This document shows positions 25,013 to 36,780 of a DNA stretch of 64,000 nt, one piece after another (within the stretch, counting starts at the first letter, position 1; each line of letters opens with the position of its first letter). The translations under genes and the position numbers were made by a program. Under the pieces are notes generated by a model. It saw only the letters and a program-made list of their open reading frames with translations. It searched no databases and was not told where the DNA came from. The DNA is from Haliotis rubra (Eukaryota). Location of the stretch: NCBI RefSeq assembly GCF_003918875.1, contig NW_025767079.1, forward strand, positions 5,146,001 to 5,210,000. Reading direction: 5' to 3'.

Positions 25013-27199
25013 ATGGCTCGTCTCCTGTTCTTAACAACCCTAGCTGTTCTTGCCACACTAGCAGCTTGCAATAGTAAGTACTCGTCTCCTGCTCTTAACA
25101 ACCCTAGCTGTTATTGCCACACTAGCAGCTTGCAATAGTAAGTACTCGTCTCCTGCTCTTAACAACCGTAGCTGTTCTTGCCGCTCTAGCAGCTTGAAAT
25201 AGTAAGTACTCGTCTCCTGCTCTTAACAACCCTAGCTGTTCTTGCCACACTAGCAGCTTGCAATAGTAAGCAGGAGACGAGTGCTCTTAACAACCCTAGC
25301 TGTTCTTGCCACACTAGCAGCTTGCAATAGTAAGTACTCGTCTCCTGCTTTTAACAACCGTAGCTGTTCTTGCCACACTAGCAGCGTGCAATAGTAAGTA
25401 ATCGTTATAATTCTCTGTACTATCAGTTCGCTCCTTAAAGATCGGCAATTTAATCTTCTGAGAATGTTCATAAACACAGTTTGCTCATGATAATCGTACA
25501 ATTGATGATACTTTTAGCAGAGATTTCTAATGAATGTTATGCATCTGTATGGTTTTTTTCGATATACGACTTTTTCAATGTTAGAAAGACGGTCACATGA
25601 CCGCGAAGCAGACGCTCATAAGTGAGTGTGAGTGAGTGAGTTTAGTTTTACGCCGATTTTAATATCACGGTGGGGGACACCAGAAACGGGTGTTCACATC
25701 CTATTCCGATGTGGGGAATTGAACCTGGATCTTCGGCGTGACGAGCGAGCGCTTTAACCACTAGGCTACCCCCACCGCCCTACGCTCATAAGTGTATCGA
25801 CACATTTTGACGTTCATACGTTTTTCACAAGACTATTCTTGAAATGACGTGAACACTGACCGAGTTTCACAGTCTTCAGGAACCCCAGTAAATCTCTAGC
25901 GAAGAATACATACTAACTTTAACATCATTAAATCCTTTAGGATACACTGGGATAAGTCATAGTTTAACTCAATGATTGGCTTGTGAACGCATGACATTCT
26001 AACAGTTAAATCGTTGACAGATTTTGGGGATATTAAACCTTAATGCGTTCACTTGACTGGGAAGTTAACATGATTGGACATTGTGGCTGATATTTCAAAT
26101 TTGATACACATTATCTTGTCCATTAAAGAAACAGTTGCTGATATTGTTCACATTCCGTCATGAAATTGGGTAATAAGATCAATTCTACTTTCGCTGGGAT
26201 TGGGTAAGTGCTATAGATATACCTCGGATTCGTTATAAACAACAGTGAGTGAGTGAGTGAGTTTAGTTTCACGCCGCTTTTAGCAATATTCCAGCAATTC
26301 CGATGTGGGGAATCGAACCCGGGTCTTCGGCGTGACGAGCGAACGCTTTTACCACTATGCTACCCCACCGCCCCTGGGATTTACAGAAAGCGCATTGAAC
26401 ACCCCCACCCCCACCCCGCCAAATACTATGTTTTCGCTTTGCAGAGTAGTGTCCCCTGGTGAGCCAGGATCCTATGTCCATGGTTTGCCAGGGAATGTTG
26501 CAGACGTCTCATACTTCAATTTGGGCTTTCATCCAACAATACACGACACGCCTTACATCACAGAAATACTGTTGAATTCCTCCTTCAGTTGATCTACCCC
26601 CATGAAGATCCGGGTTAGAATTGATCTTCAGTAACCCATGCTTGTCGTAGGAGGCGACTAACGGGATCGGGTGGTCAGGACTTGATGGACACATGTCATC
26701 GTATCCCAGTTGCATAGATTGATGCTCATGATGTTGATCACTGGAATGTCTGGTCCAGACTCGATTATTTACAGACCGACGCCATACAGCTGGAATACAG
26801 CTGCGCGCGACGGTAAACAACAACTAACCAGCCTTCAACCAATCAGATACCATGTAAAGAAAGTATCAATCATATTCACGTATCATATTTACTGACATTG
26901 ACATTTTCTTCACAGCTGAGTGCTACACCATGCAAGGCTCCACAGCAGTGTACAGTGGTAAGAAATCTACAACCTACAGTGGAAAGACATGTCAGTACTG
27001 GTCCGTCACCGACCCCAACAATCACGCCTACTATCGTGACTACTTCGACATCACCAACGGTGCACCAAACCTCGGCTACGCTGGTGCCGCCAACCACTGC
27101 AGAGACCCGTCTGGAGGTAGCATACTGCCGTCTGGATATCTGTGGTGCTACCTGGCCGACTCTCCAGGAAGCGAACAATGTAGTATCCCTAAGTGTTAA
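25013..27199 (+). CDS. Secreted stand-alone kringle protein 3 (114 aa; exons 25013-25073, 26916-27199)
   Basis: Exon 1 encodes MARLLFLTTLAVLATLAACN followed by A|GTAAG. Acceptor ttttcttcacAG at 26915, phase 1. Exon 2 reads ECYTMQ..CQYW..NHCRDP..LWCY..QC.IPKC. AATAAA overlaps the stop codon. Confidence 0.88.
25017..25400 (+). repeat. Six tandem 64-bp copies of the signal-peptide exon plus splice donor of kringle gene 3
   Basis: Units begin at 25017, 25081, 25145, 25209, about 25273 and 25337. Each ends in AATA|GTAAG. Confidence 0.95.
25625..25781 (-). mobile_element. SINE family A copy in the intron of kringle gene 3
   Basis: TSD acgctcataagtg on both sides. Confidence 0.85.
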
Positions 27200-27687
27200 T
27201 AAATCTGAAGTGACAAAGTAGTCATTATTGTTTTTCATTCAAAACAAGTACCGGCTACTTAACATTACATAGAGGCAATAATATTAGTCCATTTAATCTG
27301 CACAAGTCTCCATGCATAATGCATGCTCGAAGCGCCCAAACAATCTGATTATTATTACACCAGATAACCCAAACTGCCTGTGAGGCGCTGGCAGGTTAAT
27401 AGTCATATCACCTGTCCCACCGGGTACCCATTTATCTGCTGGGTTCTACGTTTCGGTCAATGCTTCAAGTAGTAGTAGTAGTAGTAGTAGAAAATGTAGA
27501 AGTAGTTTGTTTGATTGTCGTTAACTCTGCACTCGGCAATATTCCAGCTAAATTGCCGCGATCTGCATAAAATCGAGTCTGGACCAGATAATTCAGTGAT
27601 CATCGTCATGAGCATCAATCAACCAAACCAGCGAATCTGACAACCCAATCCCGTTATTCGCCTTTTACGACAGGCATGATATATGCT

Positions 27688-27820
27688 GTATGGTATGGTA
27701 TGGTATGGTACGGTATGGTACGGTATGGTATGGTATGGTTTGGTATGGTATGGTATGGTATGGTATGGTATGGTATGGTATGGTATGGTATGGTATGGTA
27801 TGGTATGGTATGGTATGGTA
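27688..27820. repeat. (TGGTA)n microsatellite
   Basis: About 26 pentamer units. Confidence 0.95.
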
Positions 27821-28724
27821 AGGCTGTTGTCACACAGTGAAACTGAATGAATGAGTGAGACAATGCTTGGGTTTTCGGTTTTTAATGCTTCTTGGTATAA
27901 ACCTCAAAGTCAAGTCTCGTTGTATAACTCCGTCTATAAATACTTCTGTTGTATGTTTCGTTTATCATACATATCAAAGTCCGTTTCCATCAGAAAATCA
28001 CAAAATGGATTAGCTGATATACGAATGAACCAGCTCAGTATCCATGTAATTCCCTTCGATCATTTAACACGTGCAAAAGACGCCAACGAGTCTAGAATGT
28101 TGAGCCTCATCTTGACCCTTAACTTCAGCTTCACAATTTCAACTGACCCGTAACAGTTACTTCTGGTCAGTAATTTTCTTGGAAACGTGACTGATACAAT
28201 TGTCTATGACCCGTCTGTGTCAATTCTGGATTCACTGTGCTTCCAGTCTACAGCCATTCTACATCGTCGTCATCCAGTCCACACCCAGTCTGTAACAATT
28301 CTACACCATCAACATCAACTCTTCGTACAGTCTATATCAAATCATCAGTCATTCTATGTCCATTCTTCATCCATTCTAATGGGCGGTGAGGTAGCCAAAG
28401 ACCCGGATTCGATTCCCCTCATGGGTACAGTGTGTGAAGCCCATTTCTTGAATTTGCTGGAATATTGCTAAAAGCGGCGTAAAACCCAGGATACGACACC
28501 CACGCTATATATAATCTGCGTCAGGTATGCACTCAGTCTACTTCAGGTGTTATGAGGATGGGCTTTTGTTAATTGTAATGTCACATTGATATATTCAACT
28601 TTTAGTTATTATGGGTCACAAAAGTTTAAAGCGATGAGTGTGGATTTGAACGCGCACCTTGAACTTAGGCTATGTATTTTCACCTGTTGAGAGTGGGCTG
28701 AGGAGTTACCCCGCCCCACCCCAT

Positions 28725-29090
28725 TGTAACATTGAGGAACGAGCGATTGTACAGTAAAGCATAAACGAACACTAGCGATTAGAGACAAATGTGATTGTAC
28801 AATGAAACATTACCGAATACTAGTGATCAGAGACAAGAGTGATTGTACAATAAAACGTAAACAAACACTAGTGATCAGAGATAAGAGTGATTGTACAATA
28901 AAACGTAAACAAACACTAGTGATCAGAGATAAGAGTGATTGTACATTGAAACATAAACACAAGTTATCAGAGACACGAGTAATTGAACAATAAAACGTAA
29001 ACGAACACTAGTGATCAGAGACACGAGTGATTGAACAATAAAACATAAACGAACACTTGTGATCAGAGACACGAGTGATTGTACAAAAAA
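28725..29090. repeat. About 48-bp minisatellite
   Basis: Unit gtgatcagagataagagtgattgtacaataaaacgtaaacaaacacta, with starts at 28823, 28871 and 28919. Confidence 0.9.
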
Positions 29091-30123
29091 ACTCATTTCA
29101 ACACTTCATGTAAACAAGAAAGTAAAATAAAACATAAGTTTATTGATGTAACTAAATACTGTACCGAGGGAACACCAGATGGGGACAACCGTGTAAGCAG
29201 AAAAATGAAAACACACACGTGTTGACCTTGTGTTGCCTCTATCGATTGTTCATCCAGTTCTGAAGAAGTAGACAAATAAAATAGGTCACTGAATATGGGG
29301 TCGTTGAGATTAGTCATAAGACGTCATCATGTTTTGCATGAAACTACCGGCACCCCCTGAAGCCACTAAATATTGTATAAATGTACAACGAATGAGTGAG
29401 TGAGTGAGTAGGCGTGCAGCAATATTCGAACAATATCACGGCGGCTAAACCGGAATATGGCTTCACACATGGCACCAATGTGGAAATCGAACCTGGGTCA
29501 TCGGCGTGACAAGGGAACGCTTTAACCACTAGGCTACAAGATTACTCTAGTTGTACTGGGTCTAGGTTTTTGTATTTGTTTACTATGCGGGATGGTATAT
29601 CTTTAGTTTTGCATAGAATACACACACGCGCGCGCGCGCGCACGCACGCACGCACACACACACAGCACACACGTACATACACGCACACGCAAATGCACAC
29701 ACACATAAACATGTGCATACGCATCGCATTAATCCATAATACACGTCTCTCGAATCCAGTTTTATTTCCCTTTCAATTAAATCATGACGCCTGCCAAATG
29801 TTTAAATGCCGTCTCTTCACTTCATTTCCTGCAGTCATCTCAGGGAACTCCTCCTTCAAACAACTGTCTGGTGAACTCGGATGACCATTAGCAATGACAT
29901 CAACACAAACATCACCCCCAAACCACCTACGCTAATATCTAAACAGGCGTAGTTCGTCTTCTGATTTGTTCCGCTGTTTAAACGCCGATGTCCATTTACA
30001 ACTTCATCAGCCAAGAGCATCCTTATCTGAATGTAAGTTTTACCTAGCAACATTGCGTTGCCGGATTTCGTCTTGGTTTTGATCCTGAGCGCCTTTGTAT
30101 TTACTGTCTCCACCCATTACGAC

Positions 30124-30129
30124 TATAAA
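30124..30129 (+). promoter_or_regulatory. TATA box of the CBM14-like gene
   Basis: TATAAA 60 nt upstream of the ATG at 30184. Confidence 0.55.
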
Positions 30130-30183
30130 GTATGCTTGTGGAACTGTCTGCTTCACAGTGGGTTTTTGACGGTTCCTGAGAAC

Positions 30184-33100
30184 ATGTGGAAATTTGTGGC
30201 TGTCTTGGTATTTTTGGCTTTCACTGCCTCAGCTGAGCTGAGATGTGAGTATAATGTCTCCTTTGTTCAATATACAGAAGGAAAGGTCAGATGTGGCCCT
30301 ATATACTATAAGTTGTATTCTTCTCTCGAGGGTAATACAGTCTGAGGTACGCCTCTTTGTAGCAGTGTCACCGGAGCCATGTTAAATGTACAAAATATCA
30401 TTTTATTTTATGGTAAAGATCGCTACCGACTATATGACATGCAAACAAAATGGCGTCTGCCTCTGGACTGGATTTTTAACATCAGTGAAACATATTCTGA
30501 CAAGCATAAAACTGCTATAAAAATTGTTAATTATGTTTAAGCTGAATGTGCAAACCACTCAATGTATAAAATAGCGTAAATAAAGCAGTGAAAGTCGGTA
30601 AAATAAATCTGTACAAAGTGAACATAAAAACAGCTGATCGAATGGTTTTCGAACTCCAGGCACAGCATGCGTCATATTATGACGTCATACGATTGTCAGG
30701 GCTTCAGCTTCTCGGCGGGAGGTTGACGGTTACCGTGACAGCGGGTAATATTTTTCCAGTTGTCACCCTCCTGGGAGGGTGGCACGGAAACTTGTTACAT
30801 CGTCATTGACCAATGAAATTAAAGTATTTTACATGAAGGTAAGATAAGGTGCTATGTACAATATGACAGGTCGTATGATATGCTATATACAATACGATAT
30901 GTCGGATACGACACTGTATACAACTTATTTTGCATGTTGCGCAATATACAACATATGTTGTATGTGGCACTACATACGACACCGTATACACCCTGATATT
31001 TCGTAGGTCTAACTATGTTACATCCTGGTATGTTGGTTACATGATCATGTTCATGTATTTGTATATGTCATTATGTAACGACCGTTTGTGATGGAAGACT
31101 TTGGTTTCATGAAAAAAAAGGAAAAAGAAGTATCCTTTGTCATCTCATCTGTTGGTTTTCGTTGTAATTATTTAATGATAGTCGTTGGTGGTTCTGGTCC
31201 TACAGATAACATTCAAACACCGTTGTTTCGAAATTACGTCTGTCTCGAAGTAAAAACTTGCTCTCTGTGAATTCATATTCATATTCATTTTGTCCCCGGT
31301 ATCTCAATCTACATAATCAAAGGACAATGTGAACGTCTTCAGATATATCTGATTGGTTTGTTGTTCAACGTTGCACTCAGCAATATTCCAGCTATATGGC
31401 GTAAATAATCGAATCTGGACCACACAATCCAGTGATCAACAGCATGAACATCAATCTACGCAACTGGGATACGATGACATGTGTCAACCAGCGAGCCTGG
31501 CCATCGGATCCCGTTAGACAAGCATGTGTTACTGAAGACCAATTATTCTAACCAGATATATCAGAAATGTTCATCCAAAGTTTATTCTTTTCTTGTCAAC
31601 ATTTTCATGTGAAGTTTTAGAACTATTTAAATTCAGAGATCCGTGCATGGCTAAAATGTGTTCAAAATACGTTTTCATTAAGTGTATGTTATAATATTTG
31701 AACACGAATATTACTTTGAAATTTGTTTTTCTCGGAAATTAGGACATTACATTATGTAGGTGATTTAACCGTTAGCTCAAAAGATCTGCCTTTTAAAATC
31801 ATTCCCGATATACATCCGTTCTGATCATGTGATGTTACAAATATTTGCAAGTGAGAATACAATAAAATGAACAATCTGTCATGGTAGCATTTCCGATCAA
31901 TTCATCAACAATAATTCGGTTACTTTTGGACATTTCCAGTGGTTCAAAACGGGTCTTTGTCAGATCTCGTTTTAAGGATCGGATGTAAAATGCGTTATTT
32001 TACACAATAAATTAATATAAATCACTGTTTATTTACCTCTTTCTTGATCGTTTTAATTTTCTCACTTTGTCTTTCCTTTCAGTGAAACGGCAAGTCCAAT
32101 GCACAAGTAAGTCTTTTAATTTATTCATACCTTCGAGAGTAAATTTTACAGTGTAGATCTATATCAGGTGGTTTGGATGCTATATGAAGCGTCTCAGCTA
32201 CAGACGCCTGGAACAATCCTGTGTGATGTTGTGGCGTTGCTGAACTAAAAAGCATTATCCTTACTATCTAAATAGCAAAATTATGATTTCATCACTGGGT
32301 GGTTTCCTTTAAACAAATAGCGCCTCTCAAGAATACAAGAGTCTATTTTATAAATTCTTCCGTAAGAAAATTATGTTTTGAAGTTTCATATTTATAAGAA
32401 ATATACTCCCATTGACTTTTGCTACTGACGTTCCTTCATTATTGAATCGGGCCTTGGCGGGAGAGCGAGTGAGTTTAGTTTTACGCCGCACTCAGCAATA
32501 TTTCAGCTATACGGCGGCGGTCTATAAATACTCGAGTCTCCACCAGACAATCCACTGATCAACAGCATGAGTGAGTGAGTTAAAATTTAACGTCACCTCG
32601 GCATCAACAGCATGAGCATCGATCTAGGCAATTGGGAACCGATTACATGTGTCGACCAAGTCAGCGAGCCTGACCACCCGATCCCGCTAGTCGCCTTTTA
32701 CGACAAGCATAGGTTACTGAAGATCAATTCTAACCCGGATCTTCACGGGTGGCCTTGGTGGGAGATATCAGTATAGGGCGGTGGGGTGGCCAAGTGGGTA
32801 AACTGTTCGCTCGTCACGCTGAAAATCCAATATGTCGTCGCTGAAAAAAGGATAACATAGCGTCTTGTTGTTACAGCTTGTTCAGCTTGACCTGATCAAG
32901 TGAATACCAATGCATTGCGTGACCGTGTCACAACTGGTTTGGTCTATTATTGTGACGGGGTGCACCTTTGTCAGTTGATTGTTAACGTGTCCGAACAGCC
33001 GAGACAAGGTCGCCGTTTTACATCTCAGTGTCGATAAATCGTCAGCAATGTCCTAACTTTCTTTTTGTTTCCGATTCGGGCTTTTTGGCAGCTAGCACCA

Positions 33101-35196
33101 GCAACTATCGAGAGTGAATCAGATTGTGAAAGTAACTGAGGTCTGTACGTTGTAAAGTTTGTTAAACAAACATGACGGTATAAACAGTTCAGTTTAAACA
33201 TGAAATAATTGTTTCTTGAGAAATGTTGTTTTTCGGGACAAGTTCTGTAACGAATCCATGTATGCATGCTTCGCACGAAAGCAACATTAATAACATTCTC
33301 TGCTCAACTATACTATCTAAAAAAGGAAACGCATAGGCCAGAAACCTGTTGCGAAAATGTTGTATTTTCAAACATGTATAACTCGTCCACAAATAGACTT
33401 TAGTGCATGAATTTTTACATCAGTTTAGAAGAAGGAAATGTCTATACTACCAAGTGGATAAATTTAGATAACGGAGACGTTGAGCGCGATGGTGACGATG
33501 TAGCACGGTCCCGACGTCGGGTCTCCTGGCTCTCAGTCCAATCTCTCTCAACCTGTTCCGGGGCGGTGGGGTAGCCTAGTGGTTAAAGCGTTGGCTCGTC
33601 ACGCCGAGGATCCGGGTTCGATTCCCCACATGGGCACAATGTGTTAAGCCCATTTCCGGTGTCCCCCGCCGTGATATTGCTGGAATATTGCTAAAAGCGG
33701 CGTAAAACTAAACTCAGTCAGTCAGTCAGTCAACCTGCTCCGTACAGTTTGACCGGAAATCCTCCGAAGTCCAGGCACCCTGGCTGCTGTGCTCTCATCT
33801 CATACAAAACGCCTATGCGTTTCTTTTTTTGGATAGTATATTTAATGAAGTTAACTCGACCTGCCGTTTGTGCCATTTGACCTCCGGGTTCATGCATATG
33901 TAGATTAGCTGAGGTCAAGCTGTACAAGTTGTAGAGATGGCTTTTTCAAGTGGATTGAAAAGAAACAGATCATCTGTGATAACAGAGTGAGTGAGTTCGG
34001 TTTAACACTGCTTTAAGCAATATTCCATCAATATCACGACGGGGGACACCAGAAACAGGCTTCACTCACTGTATCCATATGAGGAATCGAACCTGGGTCA
34101 TCGGCGTGACGAGCAAACCGTTTAACCACTAGCTACACCACCGCCCCTCAACTGTGATAAGAACGTATCCCATGGTTACTCGTGGATTCCTATTTAACTG
34201 TTTTACTATAAACTCAAAACGTTAATAGCAGTCAAAACACAAAGTATTTACAAATAGTTTCAAATGACAATATTCAAAAATGACTTAAATGTTTAAGCAA
34301 AACCTAACATGACCCCAAGACAAGACGGTGAGTACCTCTTTGAAAAAGCCCACTACCAAGGCTCGTATAAACAAAGCCGTCATAGCGCAAAGATGATCGT
34401 AACGCCTGAACTATGACGTCAGAATGTAACGGGTTACGCATGCATGCACTGGGCATAAACAACGACCTTCACAGCCAAATATATTTCATTCTTTTCGTTT
34501 TCAGACAGCTGGGTTCCACCAAAAAATCCTTGTCTGGGAAACAACAAAAGAATCTATTTCCCACATCCCACCGACAACACCAAGTTCCTCCAATGCGACA
34601 ATCTGGGTCAGATGTACATCATCCAATGCCCTTCGGGGATGTCGTATAACTCGGCTACCACGTCTTGCCGGTCAGCTGTCGTCCCCCAAGTCACACCTTC
34701 CATTCCCACCACCTCGGCCAGGTACTGCACCAAATCCAACTATGCAGCCGGGCTTATCTATTTCGCCATCCCAAACATGCCCACCAAGTTCATTGAATGT
34801 GGCCCGAACGGGGGCGCCACAGTTCTCTCATGTCCCTCGATGCTGATATGGAACCAAGCTCGTCGTGCATGCGAATACGCCACCAATGGAGGCGTTGTTG
34901 TGACGCTACCTCCAACCGTTGGTCCAGTAACATCAGGAACTGGAATTGGAACCGGAACCGGAATTGGAACCGGAACCGGAACTGGAACCGGAACAGGAAC
35001 TGGAACTGGAACTGGAGCGAACCCTTGCATGTCCAGCCAGGCTGCAGCTGGGAAGCTGTACTTTCCTCATCCCGATGCCCATAAATTCATCCAGTGTGAT
35101 AACAATGGCAACGCCTTCATTGGTTCCTGTCCAGGCGGACTTATATGGAATACGGTTCTTGAAACCTGCAACTCACCGTTTGCCTCGATTGGTTGA
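30184..35196 (+). CDS. Secreted protein with three CBM14/peritrophin-A-like (chitin-binding type 2) domains, 258 aa; exons 30184-30244, 32083-32106, 34505-35196
   Basis: Exon 1 encodes MWKFVAVLVFLAFTASAELR followed by T|GTGAGT. A 24-nt exon has a long pyrimidine tract/AG and a GTAAGT donor. The acceptor at 34504 restores the frame of the 34612 ORF. Three repeats of C..YF(P/A)xP..KF(L/I)(Q/E)C..CP..(W/Y)N..C are separated by Thr/Pro and (Gly-Thr)n linkers. AATAAA at 35291. Confidence 0.85.
32466..32751 (-). mobile_element. SINE family B copy
   Basis: TSD ggccttgg(c/t)gggaga. Confidence 0.85.
33560..33729 (+). mobile_element. SINE family A copy
   Basis: Full length, with TSD tcaacctg(t/c)tcc. 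Confidence 0.88.
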
Positions 35197-35449
35197 GAAG
35201 TATCTATGTGGGACAGTAAAAATGAATTTACAAAATAACCGTGTCCGGGATCATCTACCGATAACATCTGTCCAATGAGCATCAGATGCAAATAAATGTT
35301 ACCGTCTCATCAAGGCTTGGTCTTGTGTGTCGCTGTGTGCAATATTGACAAAATATACAAGCCACTCCAACTGGAGTTATGATTATATTATAAGATAGAA
35401 TAGCATAAAAAGATTTTAGTGTTTAATATTATTTATATAAATATATACT

Positions 35450-36780
35450 TCGAGCATGTCGAGGTTTTGGCACTAATAAAGATAAATAAAGGTTGGTTAA
35501 ACATAACTTTTCAACATCAGACAGATTTCTAAAATTGAGTATAATATCATAACATTTGTCTAAAAGAGGCGTCCTGGTGTGATTGTAAAAGGGGCAATGT
35601 AATAAGACGTGTGATTCATCCTCATTTTTGTCCTTGCAGTAGAAGCATAATCGGTTTTTTTATGGGCAGGTTTTCATATCTTCCCGTTTCCATCTTTAAA
35701 GGGGCAACTCCACATCTTAAAAACCTAAGTGCTCGCCTTTTTGCACGATTCTTATTACATGGCACAAAGTTCACATGAATAAGTCATTTTACAGTCTTAC
35801 ACTCGTAGCATATGGTCAACCTTCTTTCTGTAACTTCTCCTTCCATTCACTTGTACACCTATTCAGCTCACAGTTCTCAATCACGGGGCCGATATGTCGT
35901 TTACAATATTTCACAGTAGTGTTTAAAAACTGGGAAAATTCGTATTCTCTAAATTTTCTGTGTAGTCTTTTATTCCAGTTCCACTTATTCTTCCGTGTAT
36001 AGTTGTCTGCCCATACAAATACAGCTCTGTTGGTCCTGGTTTTCTCCATGTTGACTAAACGTTCCCACTGTTTACCACTGTCTCACGATAGGCGGGGTCA
36101 CGGCTAGCTGTCCTTGCACTACTGCATTGGACGTGTATCTACCAACTCCGAGGAAGTATCTCATAGCTCTGTGCTGCACTGTGTTCACTGATGAGCGGAC
36201 TGCTGTGCCCCACATAGCTGCTCCATAATCCAGTGTAGACCAGATCATAGTGTCATACAACTTTCTGAAGGTCTGATGATGTTTGATAAGGCTTTAGACC
36301 AAGCGCCCGACTTGCAGATTTTACTGGTGTTTTTGCCATTTTGTCATAGTCTAAATAATCTGTCAAATGAAGGCCGACATAGTTGTAACACGTGTCTCTA
36401 ATGTTTTATTTCCACAGGCGAATTTAATATACGATTTAGGGATAGACGGGGTCCCAAAATGCACCACATTAGATTTTTCCTCACTTATACTGATATTGAT
36501 ACTGGTACACCACCTATTGAGAATACCCAACACTAATGACAGATCTTCATCTGTTTCCCCTAATAGGACCAGATCATCTGCATAGGCTAGGACACTATAG
36601 ATACCCCAATATCCAACTTGTTGATTCTGTCGATGAGGTCATTAATAAGAGATTAAAAAGAAGTGGAGAAAAGACACATCCCTGCCTCAGTCCAGTATTT
36701 ACAGAGACGTAGTCAGTCGTTTTACCATTTATTTTCACACAACTCTTAATGTTCTTATAGATGCATGTGCTGCCTGCAGA
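35450..36780 (-). mobile_element. Degenerate LINE (CR1/L2-like) ORF2 3' part
   Basis: RT motifs TGLRQGCVFSPLLFN and LAYADDLV (about 36565-36590), STLDYGAAMWG, and C-terminal EDESHVLLHCP. Multiple frameshifts. Confidence 0.85.

Larger units (their letters stand above)
24279..26374. repeat. About 400-bp inverted duplication (24279-24683 vs 25971-26374)
   Basis: Collinear reverse-complement match, including the same internally shortened SINE A variant (gtagcatagtgg). Confidence 0.9.

Noticed and set aside
25017-25400. CRISPR-like array
   Set aside because: The units are contiguous with no unique spacers, there are no cas genes, and the context is eukaryotic. It is an amplified exon.
26876-27238. 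Mucin-like ORF 26898-27221 and antisense ORF
   Set aside because: Alternative-frame shadows of the kringle 3 exon.
28802-28993. Repetitive 16-aa-unit ORF
   Set aside because: Translation of the 48-bp minisatellite.
34758-35291. (VP)n, (RNWN)n and (EP/EL)n ORFs
   Set aside because: Other frames of the Gly-Thr linker repeat.
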